NCBI GenBank assembly: GCA_002189035.1
Contig: NEEC01000037.1
Location: forward strand, 1 to 59,695
Length of the DNA: 59,695 bases
Source of the DNA: Utricularia gibba
Lineage: Eukaryota > Plantae > Magnoliophyta
Reading direction: 5' to 3'
Below are positions 40,401 to 54,382 of this stretch, one piece after another. The first letter of the stretch is position 1. Each line of letters starts with the position of its first letter. The translations under genes and the position numbers were made by a program. Under the pieces are notes generated by a model that worked only from the letters and a program-made list of their open reading frames with translations, searched no databases and was not told the DNA's origin.

Positions 40401-43400
40401 GCCAACAGAAGGTCACGCTTTGCGGAAACCATGCTCTCTAAAAGGCATTGCATAACAATCCGAACGAGCTCACCAGCAGGAACTCAGGGAACGTGAGTTG
40501 GGACATGATGAAAGGGAAGTATGAGGCGAATTCGCATTCCAATGTTATCACTATTTGCGATCCCAAAATTGAATCCAAAAGTTCGTAGCAGAGAGGCTGC
40601 AAAAAACTACAGAAATCGGTTCTCGAAGGCCGTACCAGCATTCCAACATGAGGGGCACACGCAAAGGGATCCTTGGAGCAACAAACGGTGGTACGCATAC
40701 GCGACCAGGGTTGCGCCCAAAGTCATCGATCCTGGATCGCGGCGTTGTGAACGTCGTTTTCACAATCGTGTAGCTGTGTAGAACCATTCAAGCTGTAGAA
40801 TGCAAGGTGCGCCTACATGTCCGGTGGTTCGAAGGAGCGTTCATCCGCATGAGGTTTCTGCGAGTCCAAGGGTTGGAATGCAGTCAATTAGCCATGGGAG
40901 TAAGAAAAAAAGACGAACAAGTCGAGAAACCCTCCAAAAGGGCGCGGTGTCTAGAACACCTCCTTTGAGAATGGAGGGCGGATGGAACTTGCTCCACATG
41001 CCGCGAATGGAGATATGCATACGAAAAAACACCAACATCGGGTCACCGACGTCGTTGCCAAGGAACTCTCTACAAGCACCGTGTGACGACCTCCTTTGCA
41101 GCTATTGGATCCCCCTGCGGAGTGTCTCCGTACCTCGAAAAAACGAGCTTTCTACGGTAGCTCGTTTTCAGGAGCGCATGGCTCTTGAAACTCAGCACAT
41201 GGATTCGCAATGATGGCAAGGGAGAGCACGTCCAATGGCGTAGTTACCGCGCCGCAATCGCATTCGAGGAGAAAAGAAGTTGTTTGGAAAAGAATTGGGC
41301 ATCAAGGAAGACCGTTCAAATAGGCTCACGAAATTTGGAATTGGAGCAGCAGTACGTGTGACTTGTGTTGCTCCACCATTATGTGCGTCGATGGGTGTAG
41401 CGTGTTTGCGCAGTTTCACAAGGATACAGGGTGGCGAACAGTAGTTTGCAATAAGCATGAAGCGGGGGGTACCGCTTGTGCACAAAAAGCTATAAAAGCT
41501 GTCCTTGTATAATTTCCCATGGGTATGAACCAGGTGCCGGGTTCACACGCAAGCCTTCAGGTGAATCTACGTGACGATATTCATTCCAAGCTCCGTCGGA
41601 TAGTGCCACCCTCGATAGCCAGCATATCAATGCTATCTTGACAGGCTGCTGACGGGAATCGACAGTCCCCGAGCTCACTTTTTGCTACATGGATTTAAAG
41701 AAGTTGAGTAGCTTATGTTTGTATGCAGAACACGAGAAGTCCCCATCCGTCGCAGAAAAGGGGCGTGGATAGATGTGAGTGTTGCCACTCCCTTCTCTAT
41801 GACCTTAAAATCGTGTATTTGTGTGCTTCTTGCGGTTTGTCTTCAGACCGGAATGTCCTTCTTCGAGGTTCACTTCATTGTGGTGCACTCGGGTTGTTCC
41901 GCTTGTATTTCCTCACGAGAGGAGATACGTTTGTGTCCTCCTTCACTTCATGGAAAGATGTGGGAGCACGCAGCAGATTATGGAGATTTGAAACAGAACA
42001 CACATCACGAGGCAACCTAACGACGCAGCAACCAGCCCGACCTCGGTCTACCTGGAGCACCATCAATGAGCATGGCGTTGGAAGTGGCATACTCTACATG
42101 CAAAACGTAACCACCACCTCCTCTGACGTATGCTCGGTTCTCCTTGTAGGTGGAGTGGATGGTGGTCCCGATGACGCGCCTCCTACATGCACCTCGAACC
42201 ACGCAGGTAATGCAAGCACACGCAACATCATGCGTCTTCACTCCACAGCAGGAGGCTCCATGCATGTTTCTAACAGCATCGATCATTCGCTCCCCTTCAT
42301 TTCGAGCTTCACGAGATGGCTGGAATACCATCGAAACCCTGCATATCTTTCCTGGAGCACCCGCCCAAGTGCGACAAAGCTCCTATTTTCTTAGGACATC
42401 CGCGTCATGGCCATTCTTCGTCTCAACTTGTTTTCCCAGAGTGGGCTCGAAGGCGACGATCCGTTAACATGCAGCAAAGGAAGCCAACACTCGCCAACAG
42501 AAGGTCACGCTTTGCGGAAACCATGCTCTCTAAAAGGCATTGCATAACAATCCGAACGAGCTCACCAGCAGGAACTCAGGGAACGTGAGTTGGGACATGA
42601 TGAAAGGGAAGTATGAGGCGAATTCGCATTCCAATGTTATCACTATTTGCGATCCCAAAATTGAATCCAAAAGTTCGTAGCAGAGAGGCTGCAAAAAACT
42701 ACAGAAATCGGTTCTCGAAGGCCGTACCAGCATTCCAACATGAGGGGCACACGCAAAGGGATCCTTGGAGCAACAAACGGTGGTACGCATACGCGACCAG
42801 GGTTGCGCCCAAAGTCATCGATCCTGGATCGCGGCGTTGTGAACGTCGTTTTCACAATCGTGTAGCTGTGTAGAACCATTCAAGCTGTAGAATGCAAGGT
42901 GCGCCTACATGTCCGGTGGTTCGAAGGAGCGTTCATCCGCATGAGGTTTCTGCGAGTCCAAGGGTTGGAATGCAGTCAATTAGCCATGGGAGTAAGAAAA
43001 AAAGACGAACAAGTCGAGAAACCCTCCAAAAGGGCGCGGTGTCTAGAACACCTCCTTTGAGAATGGAGGGCGGATGGAACTTGCTCCACATGCCGCGAAT
43101 GGAGATATGCATACGAAAAAACACCAACATCGGGTCACCGACGTCGTTGCCAAGGAACTCTCTACAAGCACCGTGTGACGACCTCCTTTGCAGCTATTGG
43201 ATCCCCCTGCGGAGTGTCTCCGTACCTCGAAAAAACGAGCTTTCTACGGTAGCTCGTTTTCAGGAGCGCATGGCTCTTGAAACTCAGCACATGGATTCGC
43301 AATGATGGCAAGGGAGAGCACGTCCAATGGCGTAGTTACCGCGCCGCAATCGCATTCGAGGAGAAAAGAAGTTGTTTGGAAAAGAATTGGGCATCAAGGA

Positions 43401-46400
43401 AGACCGTTCAAATAGGCTCACGAAATTTGGAATTGGAGCAGCAGTACGTGTGACTTGTGTTGCTCCACCATTATGTGCGTCGATGGGTGTAGCGTGTTTG
43501 CGCAGTTTCACAAGGATACAGGGTGGCGAACAGTAGTTTGCAATAAGCATGAAGCGGGGGGTACCGCTTGTGCACAAAAAGCTATAAAAGCTGTCCTTGT
43601 ATAATTTCCCATGGGTATGAACCAGGTGCCGGGTTCACACGCAAGCCTTCAGGTGAATCTACGTGACGATATTCATTCCAAGCTCCGTCGGATAGTGCCA
43701 CCCTCGATAGCCAGCATATCAATGCTATCTTGACAGGCTGCTGACGGGAATCGACAGTCCCCGAGCTCACTTTTTGCTACATGGATTTAAAGAAGTTGAG
43801 TAGCTTATGTTTGTATGCAGAACACGAGAAGTCCCCATCCGTCGCAGAAAAGGGGCGTGGATAGATGTGAGTGTTGCCACTCCCTTCTCTATGACCTTAA
43901 AATCGTGTATTTGTGTGCTTCTTGCGGTTTGTCTTCAGACCGGAATGTCCTTCTTCGAGGTTCACTTCATTGTGGTGCACTCGGGTTGTTCCGCTTGTAT
44001 TTCCTCACGAGAGGAGATACGTTTGTGTCCTCCTTCACTTCATGGAAAGATGTGGGAGCACGCAGCAGATTATGGAGATTTGAAACAGAACACACATCAC
44101 GAGGCAACCTAACGACGCAGCAACCAGCCCGACCTCGGTCTACCTGGAGCACCATCAATGAGCATGGCGTTGGAAGTGGCATACTCTACATGCAAAACGT
44201 AACCACCACCTCCTCTGACGTATGCTCGGTTCTCCTTGTAGGTGGAGTGGATGGTGGTCCCGATGACGCGCCTCCTACATGCACCTCGAACCACGCAGGT
44301 AATGCAAGCACACGCAACATCATGCGTCTTCACTCCACAGCAGGAGGCTCCATGCATGTTTCTAACAGCATCGATCATTCGCTCCCCTTCATTTCGAGCT
44401 TCACGAGATGGCTGGAATACCATCGAAACCCTGCATATCTTTCCTGGAGCACCCGCCCAAGTGCGACAAAGCTCCTATTTTCTTAGGACATCCGCGTCAT
44501 GGCCATTCTTCGTCTCAACTTGTTTTCCCAGAGTGGGCTCGAAGGCGACGATCCGTTAACATGCAGCAAAGGAAGCCAACACTCGCCAACAGAAGGTCAC
44601 GCTTTGCGGAAACCATGCTCTCTAAAAGGCATTGCATAACAATCCGAACGAGCTCACCAGCAGGAACTCAGGGAACGTGAGTTGGGACATGATGAAAGGG
44701 AAGTATGAGGCGAATTCGCATTCCAATGTTATCACTATTTGCGATCCCAAAATTGAATCCAAAAGTTCGTAGCAGAGAGGCTGCAAAAAACTACAGAAAT
44801 CGGTTCTCGAAGGCCGTACCAGCATTCCAACATGAGGGGCACACGCAAAGGGATCCTTGGAGCAACAAACGGTGGTACGCATACGCGACCAGGGTTGCGC
44901 CCAAAGTCATCGATCCTGGATCGCGGCGTTGTGAACGTCGTTTTCACAATCGTGTAGCTGTGTAGAACCATTCAAGCTGTAGAATGCAAGGTGCGCCTAC
45001 ATGTCCGGTGGTTCGAAGGAGCGTTCATCCGCATGAGGTTTCTGCGAGTCCAAGGGTTGGAATGCAGTCAATTAGCCATGGGAGTAAGAAAAAAAGACGA
45101 ACAAGTCGAGAAACCCTCCAAAAGGGCGCGGTGTCTAGAACACCTCCTTTGAGAATGGAGGGCGGATGGAACTTGCTCCACATGCCGCGAATGGAGATAT
45201 GCATACGAAAAAACACCAACATCGGGTCACCGACGTCGTTGCCAAGGAACTCTCTACAAGCACCGTGTGACGACCTCCTTTGCAGCTATTGGATCCCCCT
45301 GCGGAGTGTCTCCGTACCTCGAAAAAACGAGCTTTCTACGGTAGCTCGTTTTCAGGAGCGCATGGCTCTTGAAACTCAGCACATGGATTCGCAATGATGG
45401 CAAGGGAGAGCACGTCCAATGGCGTAGTTACCGCGCCGCAATCGCATTCGAGGAGAAAAGAAGTTGTTTGGAAAAGAATTGGGCATCAAGGAAGACCGTT
45501 CAAATAGGCTCACGAAATTTGGAATTGGAGCAGCAGTACGTGTGACTTGTGTTGCTCCACCATTATGTGCGTCGATGGGTGTAGCGTGTTTGCGCAGTTT
45601 CACAAGGATACAGGGTGGCGAACAGTAGTTTGCAATAAGCATGAAGCGGGGGGTACCGCTTGTGCACAAAAAGCTATAAAAGCTGTCCTTGTATAATTTC
45701 CCATGGGTATGAACCAGGTGCCGGGTTCACACGCAAGCCTTCAGGTGAATCTACGTGACGATATTCATTCCAAGCTCCGTCGGATAGTGCCACCCTCGAT
45801 AGCCAGCATATCAATGCTATCTTGACAGGCTGCTGACGGGAATCGACAGTCCCCGAGCTCACTTTTTGCTACATGGATTTAAAGAAGTTGAGTAGCTTAT
45901 GTTTGTATGCAGAACACGAGAAGTCCCCATCCGTCGCAGAAAAGGGGCGTGGATAGATGTGAGTGTTGCCACTCCCTTCTCTATGACCTTAAAATCGTGT
46001 ATTTGTGTGCTTCTTGCGGTTTGTCTTCAGACCGGAATGTCCTTCTTCGAGGTTCACTTCATTGTGGTGCACTCGGGTTGTTCCGCTTGTATTTCCTCAC
46101 GAGAGGAGATACGTTTGTGTCCTCCTTCACTTCATGGAAAGATGTGGGAGCACGCAGCAGATTATGGAGATTTGAAACAGAACACACATCACGAGGCAAC
46201 CTAACGACGCAGCAACCAGCCCGACCTCGGTCTACCTGGAGCACCATCAATGAGCATGGCGTTGGAAGTGGCATACTCTACATGCAAAACGTAACCACCA
46301 CCTCCTCTGACGTATGCTCGGTTCTCCTTGTAGGTGGAGTGGATGGTGGTCCCGATGACGCGCCTCCTACATGCACCTCGAACCACGCAGGTAATGCAAG

Positions 46401-49400
46401 CACACGCAACATCATGCGTCTTCACTCCACAGCAGGAGGCTCCATGCATGTTTCTAACAGCATCGATCATTCGCTCCCCTTCATTTCGAGCTTCACGAGA
46501 TGGCTGGAATACCATCGAAACCCTGCATATCTTTCCTGGAGCACCCGCCCAAGTGCGACAAAGCTCCTATTTTCTTAGGACATCCGCGTCATGGCCATTC
46601 TTCGTCTCAACTTGTTTTCCCAGAGTGGGCTCGAAGGCGACGATCCGTTAACATGCAGCAAAGGAAGCCAACACTCGCCAACAGAAGGTCACGCTTTGCG
46701 GAAACCATGCTCTCTAAAAGGCATTGCATAACAATCCGAACGAGCTCACCAGCAGGAACTCAGGGAACGTGAGTTGGGACATGATGAAAGGGAAGTATGA
46801 GGCGAATTCGCATTCCAATGTTATCACTATTTGCGATCCCAAAATTGAATCCAAAAGTTCGTAGCAGAGAGGCTGCAAAAAACTACAGAAATCGGTTCTC
46901 GAAGGCCGTACCAGCATTCCAACATGAGGGGCACACGCAAAGGGATCCTTGGAGCAACAAACGGTGGTACGCATACGCGACCAGGGTTGCGCCCAAAGTC
47001 ATCGATCCTGGATCGCGGCGTTGTGAACGTCGTTTTCACAATCGTGTAGCTGTGTAGAACCATTCAAGCTGTAGAATGCAAGGTGCGCCTACATGTCCGG
47101 TGGTTCGAAGGAGCGTTCATCCGCATGAGGTTTCTGCGAGTCCAAGGGTTGGAATGCAGTCAATTAGCCATGGGAGTAAGAAAAAAAGACGAACAAGTCG
47201 AGAAACCCTCCAAAAGGGCGCGGTGTCTAGAACACCTCCTTTGAGAATGGAGGGCGGATGGAACTTGCTCCACATGCCGCGAATGGAGATATGCATACGA
47301 AAAAACACCAACATCGGGTCACCGACGTCGTTGCCAAGGAACTCTCTACAAGCACCGTGTGACGACCTCCTTTGCAGCTATTGGATCCCCCTGCGGAGTG
47401 TCTCCGTACCTCGAAAAAACGAGCTTTCTACGGTAGCTCGTTTTCAGGAGCGCATGGCTCTTGAAACTCAGCACATGGATTCGCAATGATGGCAAGGGAG
47501 AGCACGTCCAATGGCGTAGTTACCGCGCCGCAATCGCATTCGAGGAGAAAAGAAGTTGTTTGGAAAAGAATTGGGCATCAAGGAAGACCGTTCAAATAGG
47601 CTCACGAAATTTGGAATTGGAGCAGCAGTACGTGTGACTTGTGTTGCTCCACCATTATGTGCGTCGATGGGTGTAGCGTGTTTGCGCAGTTTCACAAGGA
47701 TACAGGGTGGCGAACAGTAGTTTGCAATAAGCATGAAGCGGGGGGTACCGCTTGTGCACAAAAAGCTATAAAAGCTGTCCTTGTATAATTTCCCATGGGT
47801 ATGAACCAGGTGCCGGGTTCACACGCAAGCCTTCAGGTGAATCTACGTGACGATATTCATTCCAAGCTCCGTCGGATAGTGCCACCCTCGATAGCCAGCA
47901 TATCAATGCTATCTTGACAGGCTGCTGACGGGAATCGACAGTCCCCGAGCTCACTTTTTGCTACATGGATTTAAAGAAGTTGAGTAGCTTATGTTTGTAT
48001 GCAGAACACGAGAAGTCCCCATCCGTCGCAGAAAAGGGGCGTGGATAGATGTGAGTGTTGCCACTCCCTTCTCTATGACCTTAAAATCGTGTATTTGTGT
48101 GCTTCTTGCGGTTTGTCTTCAGACCGGAATGTCCTTCTTCGAGGTTCACTTCATTGTGGTGCACTCGGGTTGTTCCGCTTGTATTTCCTCACGAGAGGAG
48201 ATACGTTTGTGTCCTCCTTCACTTCATGGAAAGATGTGGGAGCACGCAGCAGATTATGGAGATTTGAAACAGAACACACATCACGAGGCAACCTAACGAC
48301 GCAGCAACCAGCCCGACCTCGGTCTACCTGGAGCACCATCAATGAGCATGGCGTTGGAAGTGGCATACTCTACATGCAAAACGTAACCACCACCTCCTCT
48401 GACGTATGCTCGGTTCTCCTTGTAGGTGGAGTGGATGGTGGTCCCGATGACGCGCCTCCTACATGCACCTCGAACCACGCAGGTAATGCAAGCACACGCA
48501 ACATCATGCGTCTTCACTCCACAGCAGGAGGCTCCATGCATGTTTCTAACAGCATCGATCATTCGCTCCCCTTCATTTCGAGCTTCACGAGATGGCTGGA
48601 ATACCATCGAAACCCTGCATATCTTTCCTGGAGCACCCGCCCAAGTGCGACAAAGCTCCTATTTTCTTAGGACATCCGCGTCATGGCCATTCTTCGTCTC
48701 AACTTGTTTTCCCAGAGTGGGCTCGAAGGCGACGATCCGTTAACATGCAGCAAAGGAAGCCAACACTCGCCAACAGAAGGTCACGCTTTGCGGAAACCAT
48801 GCTCTCTAAAAGGCATTGCATAACAATCCGAACGAGCTCACCAGCAGGAACTCAGGGAACGTGAGTTGGGACATGATGAAAGGGAAGTATGAGGCGAATT
48901 CGCATTCCAATGTTATCACTATTTGCGATCCCAAAATTGAATCCAAAAGTTCGTAGCAGAGAGGCTGCAAAAAACTACAGAAATCGGTTCTCGAAGGCCG
49001 TACCAGCATTCCAACATGAGGGGCACACGCAAAGGGATCCTTGGAGCAACAAACGGTGGTACGCATACGCGACCAGGGTTGCGCCCAAAGTCATCGATCC
49101 TGGATCGCGGCGTTGTGAACGTCGTTTTCACAATCGTGTAGCTGTGTAGAACCATTCAAGCTGTAGAATGCAAGGTGCGCCTACATGTCCGGTGGTTCGA
49201 AGGAGCGTTCATCCGCATGAGGTTTCTGCGAGTCCAAGGGTTGGAATGCAGTCAATTAGCCATGGGAGTAAGAAAAAAAGACGAACAAGTCGAGAAACCC
49301 TCCAAAAGGGCGCGGTGTCTAGAACACCTCCTTTGAGAATGGAGGGCGGATGGAACTTGCTCCACATGCCGCGAATGGAGATATGCATACGAAAAAACAC

Positions 49401-50204
49401 CAACATCGGGTCACCGACGTCGTTGCCAAGGAACTCTCTACAAGCACCGTGTGACGACCTCCTTTGCAGCTATTGGATCCCCCTGCGGAGTGTCTCCGTA
49501 CCTCGAAAAAACGAGCTTTCTACGGTAGCTCGTTTTCAGGAGCGCATGGCTCTTGAAACTCAGCACATGGATTCGCAATGATGGCAAGGGAGAGCACGTC
49601 CAATGGCGTAGTTACCGCGCCGCAATCGCATTCGAGGAGAAAAGAAGTTGTTTGGAAAAGAATTGGGCATCAAGGAAGACCGTTCAAATAGGCTCACGAA
49701 ATTTGGAATTGGAGCAGCAGTACGTGTGACTTGTGTTGCTCCACCATTATGTGCGTCGATGGGTGTAGCGTGTTTGCGCAGTTTCACAAGGATACAGGGT
49801 GGCGAACAGTAGTTTGCAATAAGCATGAAGCGGGGGGTACCGCTTGTGCACAAAAAGCTATAAAAGCTGTCCTTGTATAATTTCCCATGGGTATGAACCA
49901 GGTGCCGGGTTCACACGCAAGCCTTCAGGTGAATCTACGTGACGATATTCATTCCAAGCTCCGTCGGATAGTGCCACCCTCGATAGCCAGCATATCAATG
50001 CTATCTTGACAGGCTGCTGACGGGAATCGACAGTCCCCGAGCTCACTTTTTGCTACATGGATTTAAAGAAGTTGAGTAGCTTATGTTTGTATGCAGAACA
50101 CGAGAAGTCCCCATCCGTCGCAGAAAAGGGGCGTGGATAGATGTGAGTGTTGCCACTCCCTTCTCTATGACCTTAAAATCGTGTATTTGTGTGCTTCTTG
50201 CGGT
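10457..50204. repeat. Homogeneous core: 19 consecutive copies (6-24) with an exact 2,092-bp period
   Basis: ORF coordinates step by exactly 2,092 and all translations are identical across these copies. Silent differences were not exhaustively excluded by eye. Confidence 0.93.
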
Positions 50205-52296
50205 TTGTCTTCAGACCGGAATGTCCTTCTTCGAGGTTCACTTCATTGTGGTGCACTCGGGTTGTTCCGCTTGTATTTCCTCACGAGAGGAGATACGTTT
50301 GTGTCCTCCTTCACTTCATGGAAAGATGTGGGAGCACGCAGCAGATTATGGAGATTTGAAACAGAACACACATCACGAGGCAACCTAACGACGCAGCAAC
50401 CAGCCCGACCTCGGTCTACCTGGAGCACCATCAATGAGCATGGCGTTGGAAGTGGCATACTCTACATGCAAAACGTAACCACCACCTCCTCTGACGTATG
50501 CTCGGTTCTCCTTGTAGGTGGAGTGGATGGTGGTCCCGATGACGCGCCTCCTACATGCACCTCGAACCACGCAGGTAATGCAAGCACACGCAACATCATG
50601 CGTCTTCACTCCACAGCAGGAGGCTCCATGCATGTTTCTAACAGCATCGATCATTCGCTCCCCTTCATTTCGAGCTTCACGAGATGGCTGGAATACCATC
50701 GAAACCCTGCATATCTTTCCTGGAGCACCCGCCCAAGTGCGACAAAGCTCCTATTTTCTTAGGACATCCGCGTCATGGCCATTCTTCGTCTCAACTTGTT
50801 TTCCCAGAGTGGGCTCGAAGGCGACGATCCGTTAACATGCAGCAAAGGAAGCCAACACTCGCCAACAGAAGGTCACGCTTTGCGGAAACCATGCTCTCTA
50901 AAAGGCATTGCATAACAATCCGAACGAGCTCACCAGCAGGAACTCAGGGAACGTGAGTTGGGACATGATGAAAGGGAAGTATGAGGCGAATTCGCATTCC
51001 AATGTTATCACTATTTGCGATCCCAAAATTGAATCCAAAAGTTCGTAGCAGAGAGGCTGCAAAAAACTACAGAAATCGGTTCTCGAAGGCCGTACCAGCA
51101 TTCCAACATGAGGGGCACACGCAAAGGGATCCTTGGAGCAACAAACGGTGGTACGCATACGCGACCAGGGTTGCGCCCAAAGTCATCGATCCTGGATCGC
51201 GGCGTTGTGAACGTCGTTTTCACAATCGTGTAGCTGTGTAGAACCATTCAAGCTGTAGAATGCAAGGTGCGCCTACATGTCCGGTGGTTCGAAGGAGCGT
51301 TCATCGGCATGAGGTTTCTGCGAGTCCAAGGGTTGGAATGCAGTCAATTAGCCATGGGAGTAAGAAAAAAAGACGAACAAGTCGAGAAACCCTCCAAAAG
51401 GGCGCGGTGTCTAGAACACCTCCTTTGAGAATGGAGGGCGGATGGAACTTGCTCCACATGCCGCGAATGGAGATATGCATACGAAAAAACACCAACATCG
51501 GGTCACCGACGTCGTTGCCAAGGAACTCTCTACAAGCACCGTGTGACGACCTCCTTTGCAGCTATTGGATCCCCCTGCGGAGTGTCTCCGTACCTCGAAA
51601 AAACGAGCTTTCTACGGTAGCTCGTTTTCAGGAGCGCATGGCTCTTGAAACTCAGCACATGGATTCGCAATGATGGCAAGGGAGAGCACGTCCAATGGCG
51701 TAGTTACCGCGCCGCAATCGCATTCGAGGAGAAAAGAAGTTGTTTGGAAAAGAATTGGGCATCAAGGAAGACCGTTCAAATAGGCTCACGAAATTTGGAA
51801 TTGGAGCAGCAGTACGTGTGACTTGTGTTGCTCCACCATTATGTGCGTCGATGGGTGTAGCGTGTTTGCGCAGTTTCACAAGGATACAGGGTGGCGAACA
51901 GTAGTTTGCAATAAGCATGAAGCGGGGGGTACCGCTTGTGCACAAAAAGCTATAAAAGCTGTCCTTGTATAATTTCCCATGGGTATGAACCAGGTGCCGG
52001 GTTCACACGCAAGCCTTCAGGTGAATCTACGTGACGATATTCATTCCAAGCTCCGTCGGATAGTGCCACCCTCGATAGCCAGCATATCAATGCTATCTTG
52101 ACAGGCTGCTGACGGGAATCGACAGTCCCCGAGCTCACTTTTTGCTACATGGATTTAAAGAAGTTGAGTAGCTTATGTTTGTATGCAGAACACGAGAAGT
52201 CCCCATCCGTCGCAGAAAAGGGGCGTGGATAGATGTGAGTGTTGCCACTCCCTTCTCTATGACCTTAAAATCGTGTATTTGTGTGCTTCTTGCGGT

Positions 52297-54382
52297 TTGT
52301 CTTCAGACCGGAATGTCCTTCTTCGAGGTTCACTTCATTGTGGTGCACTCGGGTTGTTCCGCTTGTATTTCCTCACGAGAGGAGATACGTTTGTGTCCTC
52401 CTTCACTTCATGGAAAGATGTGGGAGCACGCAGCAGATTATGGAGATTTGAAACAGAACACACATCACGAGGCAACCTAACGACGCAGCAACCAGCCCGA
52501 CCTCGGTCTACCTGGAGCACCATCAATGAGCATGGCGTTGGAAGTGGCATACTCTACATGCAAAACGTAACCACCACCTCCTCTGACGTATGCTCGGTTC
52601 TCCTTGTAGGTGGAGTGGATGGTGGTCCCGATGACGCGCCTCCTACATGCACCTCGAACCACGCAGGTAATGCAAGCACACGCAACATCATGCGTCTTCA
52701 CTCCACAGCAGGAGGCTCCATGCATGTTTCTAACAGCATCGATCATTCGCTCCCCTTCATTTCGAGCTTCACGAGATGGCTGGAATACCATCGAAACCCT
52801 GCATATCTTTCCTGGAGCACCCGCCCAAGTGCGACAAAGCTCCTATTTTCTTAGGACATCCGCGTCATGGCCATTCTTCGTCTCAACTTGTTTTCCCAGA
52901 GTGGGCTCGAAGGCGACGATCCGTTAACATGCAGCAAAGGAAGCCAACACTCGCCAACAGAAGGTCACGCTTTGCGGAAACCATGCTCTCTAAAAGGCAT
53001 TGCATAACAATCCGAACGAGCTCACCAGCAGGAACTCAGGGAACGTGAGTTGGGACATGATGAAAGGGAAGTATGAGGCGAATTCGCATTCCAATGTTAT
53101 CACTATTTGCGATCCCAAAATTGAATCCAAAAGTTCGTAGCAGAGAGGCTGCAAAAAACTACAGAAATCGGTTCTCGAAGGCCGTACCAGCATTCCAACA
53201 TGAGGGGCACACGCAAAGGGATCCTTGGAGCAACAAACGGTGGTACGCATACGCGACCAGGGTTGCGCCCAAAGTCATCGATCCTGGATCGCGGCGTTGT
53301 GAACGTCGTTTTCACAATCGTGTAGCTGTGTAGAACCATTCAAGCTGTAGAATGCAAGGTGCGCCTACATGTCCGGTGGTTCGAAGGAGCGTTCATCCGC
53401 ATGAGGTTTCTGCGAGTCCAAGGGTTGGAATGCAGTCAATTAGCCATGGGAGTAAGAAAAAAAGACGAACAAGTCGAGAAACCCTCCAAAAGGGCGCGGT
53501 GTCTAGAACACCTCCTTTGAGAATGGAGGGCGGATGGAACTTGCTCCACATGCCGCGAATGGAGATATGCATACGAAAAAACACCAACATCGGGTCACCG
53601 ACGTCGTTGCCAAGGAACTCTCTACAAGCACCGTGTGACGACCTCCTTTGCAGCTATTGGATCCCCCTGCGGAGTGTCTCCGTACCTCGAAAAAACGAGC
53701 TTTCTACGGTAGCTCGTTTTCAGGAGCGCATGGCTCTTGAAACTCAGCACATGGATTCGCAATGATGGCAAGGGAGAGCACGTCCAATGGCGTAGTTACC
53801 GCGCCGCAATCGCATTCGAGGAGAAAAGAAGTTGTTTGGAAAAGAATTGGGCATCAAGGAAGACCGTTCAAATAGGCTCACGAAATTTGGAATTGGAGCA
53901 GCAGTACGTGTGACTTGTGTTGCTCCACCATTATGTGCGTCGATGGGTGTAGCGTGTTTGCGCAGTTTCACAAGGATACAGGGTGGCGAACAGTAGTTTG
54001 CAATAAGCATGAAGCGGGGGGTACCGCTTGTGCACAAAAAGCTATAAAAGCTGTCCTTGTATAATTTCCCATGGGTATGAACCAGGTTTCACACGCAAGC
54101 CTTCAGGTGAATCTACGTGACGATATTCATTCCAAGCTCCGTCGGATAGTGCCACCCTCGATAGCCAGCATATCAATGCTATCTTGACAGGCTGCTGACG
54201 GGAATCGACAGTCCCCGAGCTCACTTTTTGCTACATGGATTTAAAGAAGTTGAGTAGCTTATGTTTGTATGCAGAACACGAGAAGTCCCCATCCGTCGCA
54301 GAAAAGGGGCGTGGATAGATGTGAGTGTTGCCACTCCCTTCTCTATGACCTTAAAATCGTGTATTTGTGTGCTTCTTGCGGT
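52297..54382. repeat. Variant copy 26 (2,086 bp) with a 6-bp deletion
   Basis: At 54081-54096 ACCAGGTTTCACACGC replaces ACCAGGTGCCGGGTTCACACGC (GCCGGG lost). The 62-aa minus ORF becomes 60 aa. Confidence 0.95.
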
